A stretch of DNA of 64,000 bases from Antedon mediterranea (lineage: Eukaryota; Animalia; Echinodermata). Position 1 is the stretch's first letter. Each line of letters begins with the position of its first letter. Below, in pieces: positions 21,373 to 35,910 of this stretch. Made by a program: the position numbers and the translations under genes. Location: assembly GCF_964355755.1 (NCBI RefSeq), contig NC_092672.1, forward strand, positions 25,240,437 to 25,304,436, written 5' to 3'. The notes below the pieces were generated by a model that was not told where the DNA came from, did not search any database, and was given only the letters and a program-made list of their open reading frames with translations.

Positions 21373-23870
21373 TCATTTCAATACGCGCATGACAGTACCA
21401 CTAGAAAAAACCGTTATATCAAAAATGTTATTTTTGAATGGTAGAGTTGTCTCCACCATTCCTAAATTTTCGCTGCAGATAGTAAATACGTCATTGACGT
21501 AATCTTCAAAGAATAGATTTTGGAACACAATAACGCGTTTGCATCTATTCAAATACCTCATTATGGTTTGTTTGTCTTTTGTTGGCTTCATTCTGATATA
21601 CGTGAAGCCATTCCATTTTAATATATCTGCTACTTTTGCCGTGTCACTGTTATGTACAGCAGAGCACGACGAAGCTATCAGGTAGTCTATATTGCTGTTG
21701 TTGTCGTTTTCGGAATCAAAGGCGTACGTTTCCTTAAAAGGCAGAAGTGTGCTTTGCCTGTGAAAGAAAACATGACGTAAATAAAAAATAATGATTTTCG
21801 GGTTTTTGGGGAGCATTTTCCTGCATGAACAAGAATAATAGTAGGTGAACCTACCATGAAAACACGCCTCTGGTTCGTTGAGGGCGTTTACAACGACCCG
21901 TCGAATGTAACGGTTGTTGCTGTGTTGATTCTATATGAAATCAAATATATATAATATTATATTATAACAATCATATGAGCAGCGTTAAATAGTATCGTTC
22001 GCCAACAATGCATTTACTTTAATTTACCTTTGTCCACGGTTTCTTCTTCTTTCGGGTTGAACGGGTGCTCTTCCGAGGGAACTCTTACGAATGTACTATG
22101 AATAAATTATATATATGTATATATGAATCGAATAAATAAACAAAAATGTAATGTCAAGAGAAGAAAAAATACTTACGGCATTATTGGTATTCTTGTTACT
22201 GAAATTATAAAAAAAAAAAGAAGAAAAACTGGTTTTATTATACAACTAATAGTACGTGGTGCTGGTGCTAGTTTGCAACCAATTAAAACATATACAAGGC
22301 TTCTCGGAGAAGGATTTACTACTGGATGTGTTCAGGGTACACATCTGATTCGTGCCCTCTTTGAATATTTATTTATGCCAATGAGCATCAAGTTTTTCAG
22401 TATGAATCATATCTATCTAAATATCTATATTATAAGTAAGAGACAAACAAACAAACAGACAGACGTACAAACTCTCTCACTTATAATATAGATATATAAC
22501 GTTAGTATTGTATTTACCTTTAACACTATCTTTCCATTGTGAAACATTCTGAACTGATGTTCGTTGTACTAAAACCAAATTTAAAAAAAAAAAAAAGTTG
22601 ACAAACCACAATCATTGTCATTATGCGCTGCATAACACGGTAAAAAGGGTTACTAATTGGATACATGCAAACAAGCTATCACTAAATATGCTAAAAAACA
22701 ATTTTATGTTGTTTAGTAACAAATAATATAGTATGTTACCAAAAGATATTATTTTCAACAATGTTCCTATTAATCAAATAACCAACACAAAATTTCTTGG
22801 TATATTTATTGACGACAGACTTGACTGGAAAGCCCATGTTAATTACCTTTGCAAATTATTATCAAAAAAAATGTTGGCATGATGTATAAATTGAAATCAA
22901 TATTTCCTCAAAAAGTATTAAATATTTTATATTCTACTCTTATTTTATCGTACTTAAATTATTGTGTTCTTGCTTGGGGAAATGCTTCAAAATCAATTAT
23001 TACTAAAATTTTATTAATCCAGAAACGAGCTGTCAGAATTATCTCAGGGGTAATTTTTCGTGCTCACACCCAAGATCTCTTTCAAAAAAACAAAAAAATA
23101 TTAAAAATTGAGGATCTCTATAGATTTAATGTTGGTGTCATCATGTTTCAATTAACCGCCCGACACCTATAATATCCAGTAAATTCACTTAAAATAAACA
23201 ATACCACACTCACCAAACAAGACAAAAAGATTAGTATCACCTGCCATTTACTCGAACTAAAATGAATACCCTTGTATACACTGGACCTAAACTCTGGAAT
23301 TCTCTTCCTTTATCTCTTAACAAAATCTCATAACTGTGCTTTATTTAAACGTCAATTTAAACTATTATTGGTTGAAGGTTCTTTGTAAATTCTTTTATTA
23401 TTGATGTATTTGATATTTCTTAAATAATTTATATAATCTATTTTTTACTTGTTTTTTTTTTTAGTTTTAAACATGTTAAACTTATGTGTTAGAGAAAAGA
23501 TATTAGTTTAATTGTTGTTATTTTTTTTTTGGAGTTTCTAATTGTGTTATAATATTATTTCTATTTTATTTGTTTTGTTTTGAGGAGCCTATTCACAACA
23601 AGCTTTGCTTTCTTTTAGGCTCCTCCACTTTATATTTATATATTTGTAAAGTGAAATAAATAAATGAAATGAAATGAAAAGATATATTACAATATTCTTG
23701 ATAATATCGAATCATGCCCTTGTAAAACTATGGTAACATTATTTCTTCTTGATAAAACAAAAACAACAAAACTAGTGACACTATAGAAATAATATTACGT
23801 TGCTAAATCAAACAATACACATTTATGAATTACCTTCAACATCGTCAGTCCACCACGGAGTCATCCACAT
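21373..23870 (-). CDS. Putative multi-exon gene of unknown function (exons ~23870-23834, 22568-22518, 22198-22177, 22095-22028, 21930-21373)
   Basis: Canonical GT/AG sites join the first four exons in frame (MWMTPWWTDDVEVQRTSVQNVSQWKDSVKVTRIPIMPTFVRVPSEEHPFNPKEEETVDK). The junction to the 147-aa terminal ORF is not cleanly resolved. Confidence 0.5.
22640..23680 (+). mobile_element. Decayed 3' part of a CR1/L2-type LINE (end of RT, hairpin, (AAATG)n tail) inside an intron
   Basis: WIHANKLSLN, TKFLGIFIDDRLDWKAH, LYSTLILSYLNYCVLAWG, YTGPKLWNSLP; hairpin GAGGAGCCTA...TAGGCTCCTC at 23582-23625. Confidence 0.88.
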
Positions 23871-23926
23871 TGTATGTTCTTGCACTTTACACTTAGCTGT
23901 TTGCTGAGACATTATTAGTTAGTATA

Positions 23927-24006
23927 TACTGCTTCACTGAAGTGTGTGTAGGATACTGCTTCACTGAAGTGTGTGTAGGATACTGCTTCACTGAAGTGTG
24001 TGTAGG
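23927..24006. repeat. 27-bp tandem repeat x3
   Basis: TACTGCTTCACTGAAGTGTGTGTAGGA repeated in the divergent intergenic region. Confidence 0.9.
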
Positions 24007-24279
24007 CTATATATACTGCTAGCAAAGTGAATTATGTGTGTATACAATTGAATCGTTGGCATTGAACGTTTCTAAATAAAAGACTTCCTTGCGAATTGAA
24101 AAGACGATGACCTTCAAAAGTTTATGCATAATTAATAGGCATGAGTATTATCTCCTGGTAAGTTGTACACTGTCTAATCGATGTCCACCTTGGAAAATAT
24201 CAACGTATGTGATTGTGAATATATAAGAGGCAAGATTGTGTATTTTTAATGTTTAGTTAAAGTCGCGCGGTTGTTGAAA

Positions 24280-27200
24280 ATGAGTAAATCTGAGAGTACA
24301 GCCGATGATCTACTGCCATGTGAATTATGGCCGGGCAGTCGAATTACGGACGATATTGTGTTTGGTGAACCCATGCACATCATGTGCGTCGAGTTGAAAT
24401 CGTTTGAAATACCGACAAACTCGCTGCGCAATTGCTCCCCGCATACGTACATAATGATGATGGTGTTGTTGAGAAAAGCGTTACAGTTGCACTGCAACGA
24501 TGAACAGCACGCACTGGTGTGCTCTCTTATTGAACCTAGTCGCATCGTGGATGAAACGGTTCGGGGTAAGGTGTCGTGCGGTTACGTGTTCTGGTTGATC
24601 TTCCCACGACGTTTGCACAAAATGTTACAGTACGTTGTCAAGTCCATACTGTTGATAAACAACGGATACCTGCCAGCATGGGACACAACATTCTTGACAG
24701 ACGTCCGATGCGAAATGTTTTCCGACAACGATCTTGATGATGATGATGATGATGATGACGACGATGATGATGATAATGAACCGAAACGTAAAAAGACAAA
24801 ACGTAAACGAAACGATTCAGCAACGGCGACAATAAAATATGCATTTAAACATTTCGATTGCCGATTGGGTCGTGGAACGTCGCAAATGAAACGAACCAAG
24901 ATAAATAGCTATGTTCCACACGTGACAGTGCTCGGGGATTTTGAAAGAAGCATTGAAAAATATTTCTGTTTAGACATACCGAAAATCGAAGGCAATCGAT
25001 TGCCCCCGACTGTTAGAGAACAAGATACAGCAGAGGCGTGGCAAAAGCGCGCAGATCTGTTTACACCAAAGACTCTTTTTTCGTCATCTAGACGTGCAAC
25101 TCATCGACGTGAGCTGACACGTTTGATTGCAAATGAATCGAGTAATGCGCTAACTCTCGATCAGTTGATGACAATTGCCGACAAAGAATTGAATCTACCT
25201 CCGACTCTTAAACTGTCTTTGCAACAGATTGATCCGAGAGTTATAATGAACGAAGGCGATAGTCGTTGTGTAAGCTTCCAACATATGAAAGCGTGGATAT
25301 TGGAACCTCACATGTACGAGGCGAATTATTTTTTGAAAAGACACTTTCCTGCACTTGAAAGTGATACGAACATTGGTAATACAAAATTGTTTGTTCACGC
25401 TATGCGCGATGATGCAGCGCAATTGGACGAAGACAAAATTTCGGCAATCGGAAAACTGTATGTAACCAACCAGAATCAGAACGAAGTGACCATAGACTCG
25501 AGGTACGTATTTTATAATTATCATCATCATCATCATCATCATCACCACAACACAAATTGTAGTGTGCGTGTTTTACTTTTGATTTATAATTGTTTTCGTT
25601 TTGTTTTTTGTTTTTTTTTTTTCTTAATAGGCATTTATACGGTGAAAAATACACGGCAAAGAATCCGGGCATAGTGATGATGAGAAAGATTTTTCACAAC
25701 TTGCAATTGACTCCGGAAAGATACCGTGACAAGACTGTCGGCAAAATTTTCTTTGACATGTACACGCAAGTGCATATGGGAAGACACGTGCAAATGAGCG
25801 AAGTAATAACGCAATCGTATGCCGATATGTGGGATACCGAGATGAAGGGTTGGTGTATGAACGCGTCTAGACACAGTGACGGCAGTTTTGTTCCATTCGT
25901 ATACGAAGAGGAAACTGACGTGAAAATATCGATAGGTTATCGATATCTTTTGAACATGGTGGCTCTGATAGGTAATGTGGCCGGTGTGTCTAACGCTAAA
26001 GGTGAACTTTTGTATATTTTACTGTCGGCTATACGTATCGTATGCCCACACGATGCGATGGCCATGCACGCCATTCTGGTTGGACCTCCCGGTACGGGTA
26101 AAACGTCTGTGATGGTAGCCGCTAAATCTGTAATCGGTAACGCTTACTCAGACGACGTTACTTACCGAACACAGAAAGCCGTGCTCGTCGATAATGAGCG
26201 AAAGTACAAAAATTCAAAAAAAATACGCTTCATGAACGAATTTGTGCCACCGTCGTCTGGATCTAAAAGCGATAAGAATCCGTTGTCAATTGAAAGCAGT
26301 CAAGAAGCGGCAATAATGAAAGAGGAACTCGATTCCGGCTGTACGCGCACCGAACGAACCGAGAAGGTAACGGATCCGAACACGGGAACCACTCGACACG
26401 GTGTTCGAACCGTAATCAACGTTTGCGATAATGCCACCATAATGGCCATGAACGAAAAAAACTTGTGTAACTCGTTAAACGAACGAGTTGTCACTTTTGA
26501 CGTGGCACCCAGTGGTGTTGTCAACGTGCCCAAGAAAATGGAGGGATACGAGAAGGAATTGGATCGTTTAAAAATTCGAACGCAATTCGGCGCTCTGCGC
26601 CACAAAGTAATGGAACATGTACGGTTGGCAGAGTGCGGTCTGTATCCACGTCGATCGGAAGGAGATTCGTACAAAGACGATCGTATGCTACTGTTGACTT
26701 GCGATAGAATATCTGTCGAATTGGAAAGGCAAGGAGTCCGATTCGGATTCGCCACAGAAACTAGAACCATCAATAAACTCATCGACCTGGCACGTTTGTG
26801 CGCCTTTCACAATGCAGTGATTCAAGTGAACGGCTGTCCGTTACAAAGTCTGCACGCCAATACACCTCGATTACCGAACGAGAACACTTGTTGTCTCAAT
26901 TCAAGAATCATAGCCAAACATCAACGGTGGCTGATGCAACAGGACATGAAGCGACTACACGACATGGTAATGTCCGAGGCGCAGCCGGATCCTGCTGATA
27001 TTTTGTTTGCATTTTCGTTAATGTGTCCGATGCCACAGAACGAACTGATCATCGTGAGAACGATAGCGGATCAGTTGATTGATCCGTCTCATGATCCCGT
27101 TCATCGAGATGGTGAAACTTACTTTGAATTGACGTGCAGGAGCGAAGAGGCGCTTCTGTCCATTTTAGAGCGCAAAACGGGTGTTGCTCGCAAACAATGT

Positions 27201-28637
27201 AAGGAAATATTGTTGGCTATGCACAGTGGACGGAGTAAGTTGTTTCGAAAAATGGACGATAACGGACAAAAACAGCTTCTGTTCAAATGTAGCGAGGCAA
27301 CGGAAGCTCATCTTTCGTCACATGCAAACGAGTACCGTGAAATATCGGACGTGATGATGGCAGGAATGTGCAATGCAAAACAGTACAGGGGAAAACATTA
27401 CATATACGTTATGCTCAATGGAAAACTTACACAAGCCGCACGCTTCTTGTCTCATTTGCCCGTCTTCGCTCGACATATGTACTGGGGCCAGTCAAACTCT
27501 CAAGATCCCAAATCCAGCATCAATTATCTAGGATCGGTGCCGAAAAAGTTTACCAACGAAGAAAGATACTGGATAAAAATAAATTTAGATTTTCACGAGA
27601 CCCGACTGGCGTACGTTAGGAAACTCGCAATCCAATCGTGTGTGAGTGGAGACTGCGACGAAAACGGATCAATTGCGGTCGGTGTTGACGTGAAAGAGAT
27701 TGCCGACAGTTTAAGGGTGTTGAAATGCAGATCATATGACGGTAGCAGAGATAGACTACCGATGCCACCGCCGGTGATGAACAACGATCACACGTGCAGA
27801 TTGGTATTGGAAACGTCGAACGCTCGAGCCTTTATGGTACACGTTAGCGTCTTTTTGCCACAACATAGACGTTTGAAAAAAATACTCGAATTGTGCACAA
27901 AGGTTGTGCTCGAAGATAAAAACGCGTGCCGAGGTAATCGAATACGCGTTCTGGTAAATGACGAGTTCGAGGCGGATGAGCTGAGAAACGGTGTGAATTT
28001 GCTAACAAACGACTTGAGACACTTGATCAATTCTTCTTCGATCATCTCGGAAACACCACCACCGAACGTATTCTTTCACGTAAATCTGTTGACGTTGAAT
28101 TCATTGGAAGACGCGTGTAAGCATTACAAAGTGAAAGCCGGCGAATCAATGATCAAGAGTGTATTGGAAAAGTGCGTGTTTAAAAATATGACTGAACGTA
28201 AAACCATCATGTACGTGGATCGTAGTACAAGAGATGTGTTTCAGACGTTAGACATTCAGCAATTGGCCGAAAAGAACGGCGGTAGTCTACCGGTACACAA
28301 GTGTAAAAATCCGTATCTGACACAAACGCTTCGAAATCCAACAACCGAGGTAGTAGATCGTGATAGATTAAGATTCAAGTTAGAAGAACCGCAATTTCTT
28401 GAAGCCGAACCGTCGCACGTTCAACGACGAAAAGCATGGATTAGAATGTTGTCCGATGGTACGGAGATTAAACTGAGAGAACGATTTGGACACGACGTGG
28501 ACACTTATTTACGCCACATAAGACTCGTAGAAGATGCAATTATAGAAAAGGACAAACTGCACGCATTCAGACCACTGGTTTACAAGACTGGTGAAAAGAA
28601 ACTTTCACCGTGTACGTGCTCAAAACAAACGTTATGA
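24280..28637 (+). CDS. Large AAA+ (MCM-like) helicase, two exons (24280-25502, 25631-28637), ~1409 aa
   Basis: A GTACGT...TTCTTAATAG intron at 25503-25630 joins the 467- and 1015-aa ORFs in frame (DSR|HLYG). Walker A LVGPPGTGKT, Walker B-like FMNE, AIMKEELDSG, sensor-1 TIMAMN, Arg finger SLNERV. Confidence 0.78.
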
Positions 28638-29002
28638 ACTAATAATATGTAAATATGTATATATAAAAAAAAAAAAAATGATTTCATACCATACCTCCGT
28701 GCATTCATATTATGTTTATGGTCTTATATAAATTACATTGTATACGTGTGAGTTTTTTTATATATATATTTTGTGTGTGTGTGTGTTGCCAATAAAACGA
28801 ATGAAATTTAGCCGTCTCGTTCTCTGTTTTAATCATTACACATGCAAGAATACCATTGATAAACGCGCACTTTATAATGATTATGTACAGATAGTATGTT
28901 TACTGAAAGAAATAACATCGCGTAATTATTATACACTTCTCATCGAATAAAATAAAAATGTATACTACCGATTCTAGGAAAAATTTTCCGATAAAGCGCC
29001 GC

Positions 29003-29190
29003 GCTGTTATCATGATGGTCTACCTGAATGCTTAACAATGAAGCGCGCTGATTATCATGATGGTCTTCCTGAATGCTTAACAATGAAGCGCGCTGTTATC
29101 ATGATGGTCTACCTGAATGCTTAACAATGAAGCGCGCTGATTATCATGATGGTCTTCCTGAATGCTTAACAATGAAGCGCGCTGTTGTTA
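29003..29190. repeat. ~44-bp minisatellite x4
   Basis: TTATCATGATGGTCT(A/T)CCTGAATGCTTAACAATGAAGCGCGCTG repeated without spacers. Confidence 0.9.
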
Positions 29191-29264
29191 TCATTGACTT
29201 GAAGTTATATTTTCATTTAAAAAAACAAACGAAAAAAAAAAAAACATTCCTCTAAGAAAATGAT

Positions 29265-31929
29265 GAGACTCAAGAACTAACCATTCAGCTGGCTTACAAT
29301 CTATCGATACCATAACAGTATTAGTAATTTATCAAAAACTATATAGGGGCGCAATATCGGTAAATATAGAATCTAGGATTGGATTTACGACTAGGCGCGT
29401 AGAGGAAGCTTGTTCAAATTGTTAGTATACCAAAATGATTATATATCAAAACGAATTACTCTATCACACATATTCGGGATAACAATTAAAAATATTTCTT
29501 TAAAGCTTTGTGACCGGTTCCGGAGACCGGTGTATACACTGACCGACGGTGATACAGACACACGACTAGGCGCGTAGAGGCAGCTGGTTGAAATTGTTAG
29601 TATACCAAATGATTATATATCGAAACGAATGATAGAATCGATGGAGATGAAATTCATAAAATACGCTTAATATATTAAACTATAATAATAATAATAATAC
29701 ACATTAAACATATTTCTTTAAAAAATTAATTGACCCTGACTCTTTGGGACCGGTGTATACATTTACCGACGGTGTCGCTTATATCCATCATATTGCCGAG
29801 ACGGTTTTATTGAAACACTAAAGTAACTCACGATGGAATTACACCCGTTTGTGTATTTCATGATCATCATTCGAAAACCATACGCAAATTAAACAGGGTA
29901 GGAGGAAGAGGAGGCACGATATATTCAATACGAATTTAAAAGCGCGCACCACACATACACATCAGTGTAATCGACAATCATTCATCGGTTTCGTTGTTTG
30001 TTGACAAATCGCGTGTAGTTAACCTTAACTATGGTCAATAAAGAAGATGGTGAGTAAAACAAATATTAAATATATATATATATATATGTGTGTGTATCAA
30101 ATCAATTCTCGAACCCTAGCCTAATGCTACAGCGTTACATTACGAGACTCAACAACTAACCATTCAGCTGGCTTACCATCTATCGATACCATAACATTAT
30201 TAGTAATTTATCAAAAACTATATAGGGGCGCAATATCGGTAAATATAGAATCTAGGATTGGATTTATGACTAGGCGCGTAGAGGCAGCTGGTTGAAATTG
30301 TTAGTATACCAAAATGATTATATATCGAAACGAATCACTCTAACACACATATTCGGGATAACAATTAAAAATATTTCTTTAAAGCTTTGTGACCTGGTGT
30401 GTACACTGACCGACGGTGATACATGCACACGCCCTACCCGCATTTCTATTGTAATCATCGATAAAAGCAATGCAGACCGATTATAATATTGTTACAATGC
30501 AGTGTTTTAATTTGGAAATTAAATTCCGTTTCTACATAGTCGAATCTAAATTAATAAGGAGAGAAGGAGAGGGAGAGAAACCTAAATAGAATTTAAAACA
30601 TAGCATTTTGATTTTAAAATGTGATGATAGAATCGATGGAGATGAAATTTATAAAATACGCTTAATATATTAAACTATAATAATAATAATACACATTAAA
30701 CATATTTCTTAAAAAAATTAATTGACCCTGACTCTTTGGGACCGGTGTATACATTTACCGACAGTGACGCTTATTTCCATGATATTGCAGAGACGGTTTT
30801 ATTGAAACACTAAAGTAACTTACGATGGAATTACACCCGTTTGTGTGTTTCATGATCATCATTCAAAAACCATACGCAAATTAAACAGGGTAGGAGGAAG
30901 AGGAGGCACGATATATTCAATACGAATTTAAAAGCGCGCACCACACATACACATCAGTGTAATCGACAATCATTCATCGGTTTCGTTGTTTGTTGACAAA
31001 TCGCGTGTAGTTAACCTTAACTATGGTCAATAAAGAAGATGGTGAGTAAAACAAATATTAAAAAAATATATATATGTATCAAATAAATTCTCGAACCCTA
31101 GCCTAAGGCTACAGCGTTACATAACGAGACTCAAGAACTAACCATTCAGCTGGCTTACAATCTATCGATACCCTAACAGTATTAGTAATTTATCAAAAAC
31201 TATATAGGGGCGCAATATCGGTAAATATAGAATCTATAGGATTGGATTTACGACTAGGCGCGTAGAGGAAGCTTGTTCAAATTGTTAGTATACCAAAATG
31301 ATTATATATCGAAACGAATTACTCTATCACACATATTCGGGACAACAATTAAAAATATTTCTTTAAAGCTTTGTGACCGGTTCCGGTGACCGGTGTATAC
31401 ACTGACCGACGGTGATACAGACACACGACTAGGCGCGTAGAGGCAGCTGGTTGAAATTGTTAGTATACCAAATGATTATATATCGAAACGAATGATAGAA
31501 TCGATGGAGATGAAATTTATAAAATACGCTTAATATATTAAACTATAATAATAATAATAATACACATTAAACATATTTATTAAAAAAATTAATTGACCCT
31601 GACTCTTTGGGACCGGTGTATACATTTACCGACGGTGTCGCTTATTTCCATCATATTGCCGAGACGGTTTTATTGAAACACTAAAGTAACTCACGATGGA
31701 ATTACACCCGTTTGTGTATTTCATGATCATCATTCGAAAACCATACGCAAATTAAACAGGGTAGGAGGAAGAGGAGGCACGATATATTCAATACGAATTT
31801 AAAAGCGCGCACCACACATACACATCAGTGTAATCGACAATCATTCATCGGTTTCGTTGTTTGTTGACAAATCGCGTGTAGTTAACCTTAACTATGGTCA
31901 ATAAAGAAGATGGTGAGTAAAACAAATAT

Positions 31930-31976
<47 letters not shown>

Positions 31977-34934
31977 CAAATCAATTCTCGAACCCTAGCC
32001 TAATGCTACAGCGTTACATTACGAGACTCAAGAACTAACCATTCAGCTGGCTTACAATCTATCGATACCATAACATTATTAGTAATTTATCAAAAACTAT
32101 ATAGGGGCTTAATATCGGTAAATATAGAATCTAGGATTGGATTTACGACTGGGCGCGTAGAGGCAGCAGGTTCAAATTGTTAGTATACCAAAATGATTAT
32201 TAATCGAAACGAATCACTCTATCACACATATTCGGGATAACAATTAAAAATATTTCTTTAAAGCTTTGTGACCTGGTGCGTACACTGACAGACGGTGATA
32301 CATGCACACGCCCTACCCGCATTTCTATTGTAGTCATCGATAAAAGCAAAGCAGACCGATTATAATATTGTTACAATGCAGTGTTTTAATTTGGAATCTA
32401 AATTCCGTTTCTACATAGTCGAATCCAAATTAATAAGGAGAGAAGGAGAGGGAGAGAGAGAGAGAAACCTAGATAGAATTTAAAACATAGCATTTTGATT
32501 TTAAAATATGATGATAGAATCGATGGAGATGAAATTTATAAAATACGCTTATATTAAACTATAATAATAATAATACACATTAAACATATTTCTAAAAAAA
32601 AAGTAATTGATCCTGACTCTTTGGGACCAGTGTATACATTTACCGACAGTGACGCTTATTTCCATCATATTGCAGAGACGGTTTTATTGAAACACTAAAG
32701 TAACTCACGATGGAATTACACCCGTTTGTGTGTTTCATGATCATCATTCGAAAACCATACGCAAATTAAGCAGTGTAGGAGGAAGAGGAGGCACGATATA
32801 TTCAATACGAATTTAAAAGCGCGCACCACACATACACATCAGTGTAATCGACAATCATTCATCGGTTTCGTTGTTTGTTGACAAATCGCGTGTAGTTAAC
32901 CTTAACTATGGTCAATAAAGAAGATGGTGAGTAAAAAAATATTAAAAATATATATATATATGTATCAAATCAATTCTCGAACCCTAGCCTAATGCTACAG
33001 CGTTACATTACGAGACTCAACAACTATATAGGGGCGCAATATCGGTAAATATAGAATCTATAGGATTGGATTTACGACTAGGCGCGTAGAGGCAGCTGGT
33101 TGAAATTGTTAGTATACCAAAATGATTATATATATCGAAACGAATTACTCTAACACACATATTCGGAATAACAATTAAAAATATTTCTTTAAAGCTTTGT
33201 GACCTGGTGCGTACACTGACCGACGGTGATACATGCACACGCCCTACCCTTATTTCTATTGTCATCATCGATAAAAGCAATGCAGACCGATTATAATATT
33301 GTTACAATGCAGTGTTTTAATTTGGAATCTAAATTCCGTTTCTACATAGTCGAATCCAAATTAATAAGCAGAGAAGGAGAGGGGCAGAGAGAGAGAGAGA
33401 GAAACCTAGATAGAATTTAAAACATAGCATTTTGATTTTAAAATATGATTATAGAATCGATGGAGATGAAATTTATAAAATACGCTTATATTAAACTATA
33501 ATAATAATAATACACATTAAACATATTTCTAAAAAAAAAGTAATTGACCCTGACTCTTTGGGACCGGTGTATACATTAACCGACAGTGACGCTTATTTCC
33601 ATCATATTGCAGAGACGGTTTTATTGAAACACTAAAGTAACTAACGATGGAATTACACCCGTTTGTGTATTTCATGATCATCATTCAAAAACCATACGCA
33701 AATTAAGCCGGGTAGGAGGAAGAGGAGGCACGATATATTCAATACGAATTTTAAAAGCGCGCACCACACATACACATCAGTGTAATCGACAATCATTCAT
33801 CGGTTTAGTTGTTTGTTGACAAATCGCGTGTAGTTAACCTTAACTATGGTCAATAAAGAAGATGGTGAGTAAAACAAATATTAAATATATATATATATAT
33901 GTATCAAATCAATTCTCGAACCCTAGCCTAATGCTACAGCGTTACATTACGAGACTCAAGAACTAACCATTCAGCTGGCTTACAATCTATCGATACCCTA
34001 ACAGTATTAGTAATTTATCAAAAACTATAATAGGGGCGCAATATCGGTAAATCTAGGATTGGATTTATGACTAGGCGCGTAGAGGCAGCTGGTTGAAATT
34101 ATTAGTATACCAAAATGATTATATATCGAAACGAATTACTCTAACACACATATTCGGAATAACAATTAAACATATTTCTTTAAAGCTTTGTGACCTGGTG
34201 TGTACACTGACCGACGGTTATACAGACACACGCCCTACCCTTATTTCTATTGTAATCATCGATAAAAGCAATGCAGACCGATTATAATATTGTTACAATG
34301 CAGTGTTTTAATTTGGAAATTAAATTCCGTTTCTACATAGTCGAATCCAAATTAATAAGGAGAGAAGGAGAGGGAGAGAAGATTCCGTTTCTACATAGTC
34401 GAATCCAAATTAATAAGGAGAGAAGGAGAGAGAGAGAGAGAGAGAGAGAAACCTAGATAGAATTTAAAACATAGCATTTTGATTTTAAAATGTGATGGTA
34501 GAATCGATGGAGATGAAATTTATAAAATACGCTTAATATATTAAACTATAATAATAATAATAATACACATTAAACATATTTCTTTAAAAAATTAATTGAC
34601 CCTGACTCTTTGGGACCGGTGTATACATTTACCGACAGTGACGCTTATTTCCATCATATTGCCGAGACGGTTTTATTGTAACACTAAAGTAACTCACGAT
34701 GGAATTACACCCGTTTGTGTATTTCATGATCATCATTCGAAAACCATACGCAAATTAAACAGGGTAGGAGGAAGAGGAGGCACGATATATTCAATACGAA
34801 TTTAAAAGCGCGCACCACACATACACATCAGTGTAATCGACAATCATTCATCGGTTTCGTTGTTTGTTGACAAATCGCGTGTAGTTAACCTTAACTATGG
34901 TCAATAAAGAAGATGGTGAGTAAAACAAATATTA

Positions 34935-34969
<35 letters not shown>

Positions 34970-35910
34970 CAAATCAATTCTCGCACCCTAGCCTAATGCT
35001 ACAGCGTTACATTACGAGACTCAAGAACTAACCATTCAGCTGGCTTACAATCTATCGATACCATAACATTATTAGTAATTTATCAAAAACTATATAGGGG
35101 GCGCAATATCGGTAAATATAGAATCTAGGATTGGATTTACGACTAGGCGCGTAGAGGCAGCTTGTTCAAATTGTTAGTATACCAAAATGATTATATATCA
35201 AAACGAATTACTCTAACACACATATTCGGGATAACAATTAAAAATATTTCTTTAAAGCTTTGTGACCTGGTGTGTACACTGACCGGCGGTGATACATACA
35301 CACGCCCTACCCTTATTTCTATTGTCATCATCGATAAAAGAAAAGCAGACCGATTATAATATTGTTACAATGCAGTGTTTTAATTTGGAAATTAAATTCC
35401 GTTTCTACATAGTCGAATCTAAATTAATAAGGAGAGAAGGAGAGGGAGAGGGAGAGAGAGAGAGAGAGAGAGAGAAACCCAAATAGAATTTAAAACATAG
35501 CATTTTGATTTTAAAATATGATGATAGAATCAATGGAGATTAAATTTATAAAATACGCTTATATTAAACTATAATAATAATAATACACATTAAACATATT
35601 TCTTAAAAAAAAGTAATTGACCCTGACTCTTTGGGACCGGTGTATACATTTACCGACAGTGACGCTTATTTCCATCATATTGCCGAGACGGTTTTATTGT
35701 AACACTAAAGTAACTAACGATGGAATTACACCCGTTTGTGTGTTTCATGATCATCATTCGAAAACCATACGCAAATTAAGCCGGGTAGGAGGAAGAGAAG
35801 GCACGATATATTCAATACGAATTTTAAAGCGCGCACCACACATACACATCAGTATAATCGACAATCATTCATCGGTTTCGTTGTTTGTTGACAACGCGTG
35901 TAGTTAACCT
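29265..35910. repeat. Tandem array of seven ~0.9-1.1-kb units in two structural variants
   Basis: The unit start GAGACTCAA(G/C)AACTA recurs at ~29265, 30143, 31126, 32023, 33012, 33951 and 35015. Units 1 and 3 share a deletion and CCGGTTCCGG. Confidence 0.93.

Noticed and set aside
25503-25674. Poly-His C-terminus of the 467-aa ORF and hydrophobic N-terminus of the 1015-aa ORF
   Set aside because: Both are artefacts of reading through the 25503-25630 intron.
29003-29190. Possible CRISPR array
   Set aside because: Repeats abut without unique spacers, there are no cas genes and the context is eukaryotic.
30110-30125. Telomere-like AACCCTAGCCTAA as an HHV-6-style integration repeat
   Set aside because: Only one imperfect occurrence per array unit; no (TTAGGG)n tract.
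30292-35907. Short ORFs of 60-96 aa within the tandem array
   Set aside because: Non-ATG starts and stops or frameshifts that vary between units.
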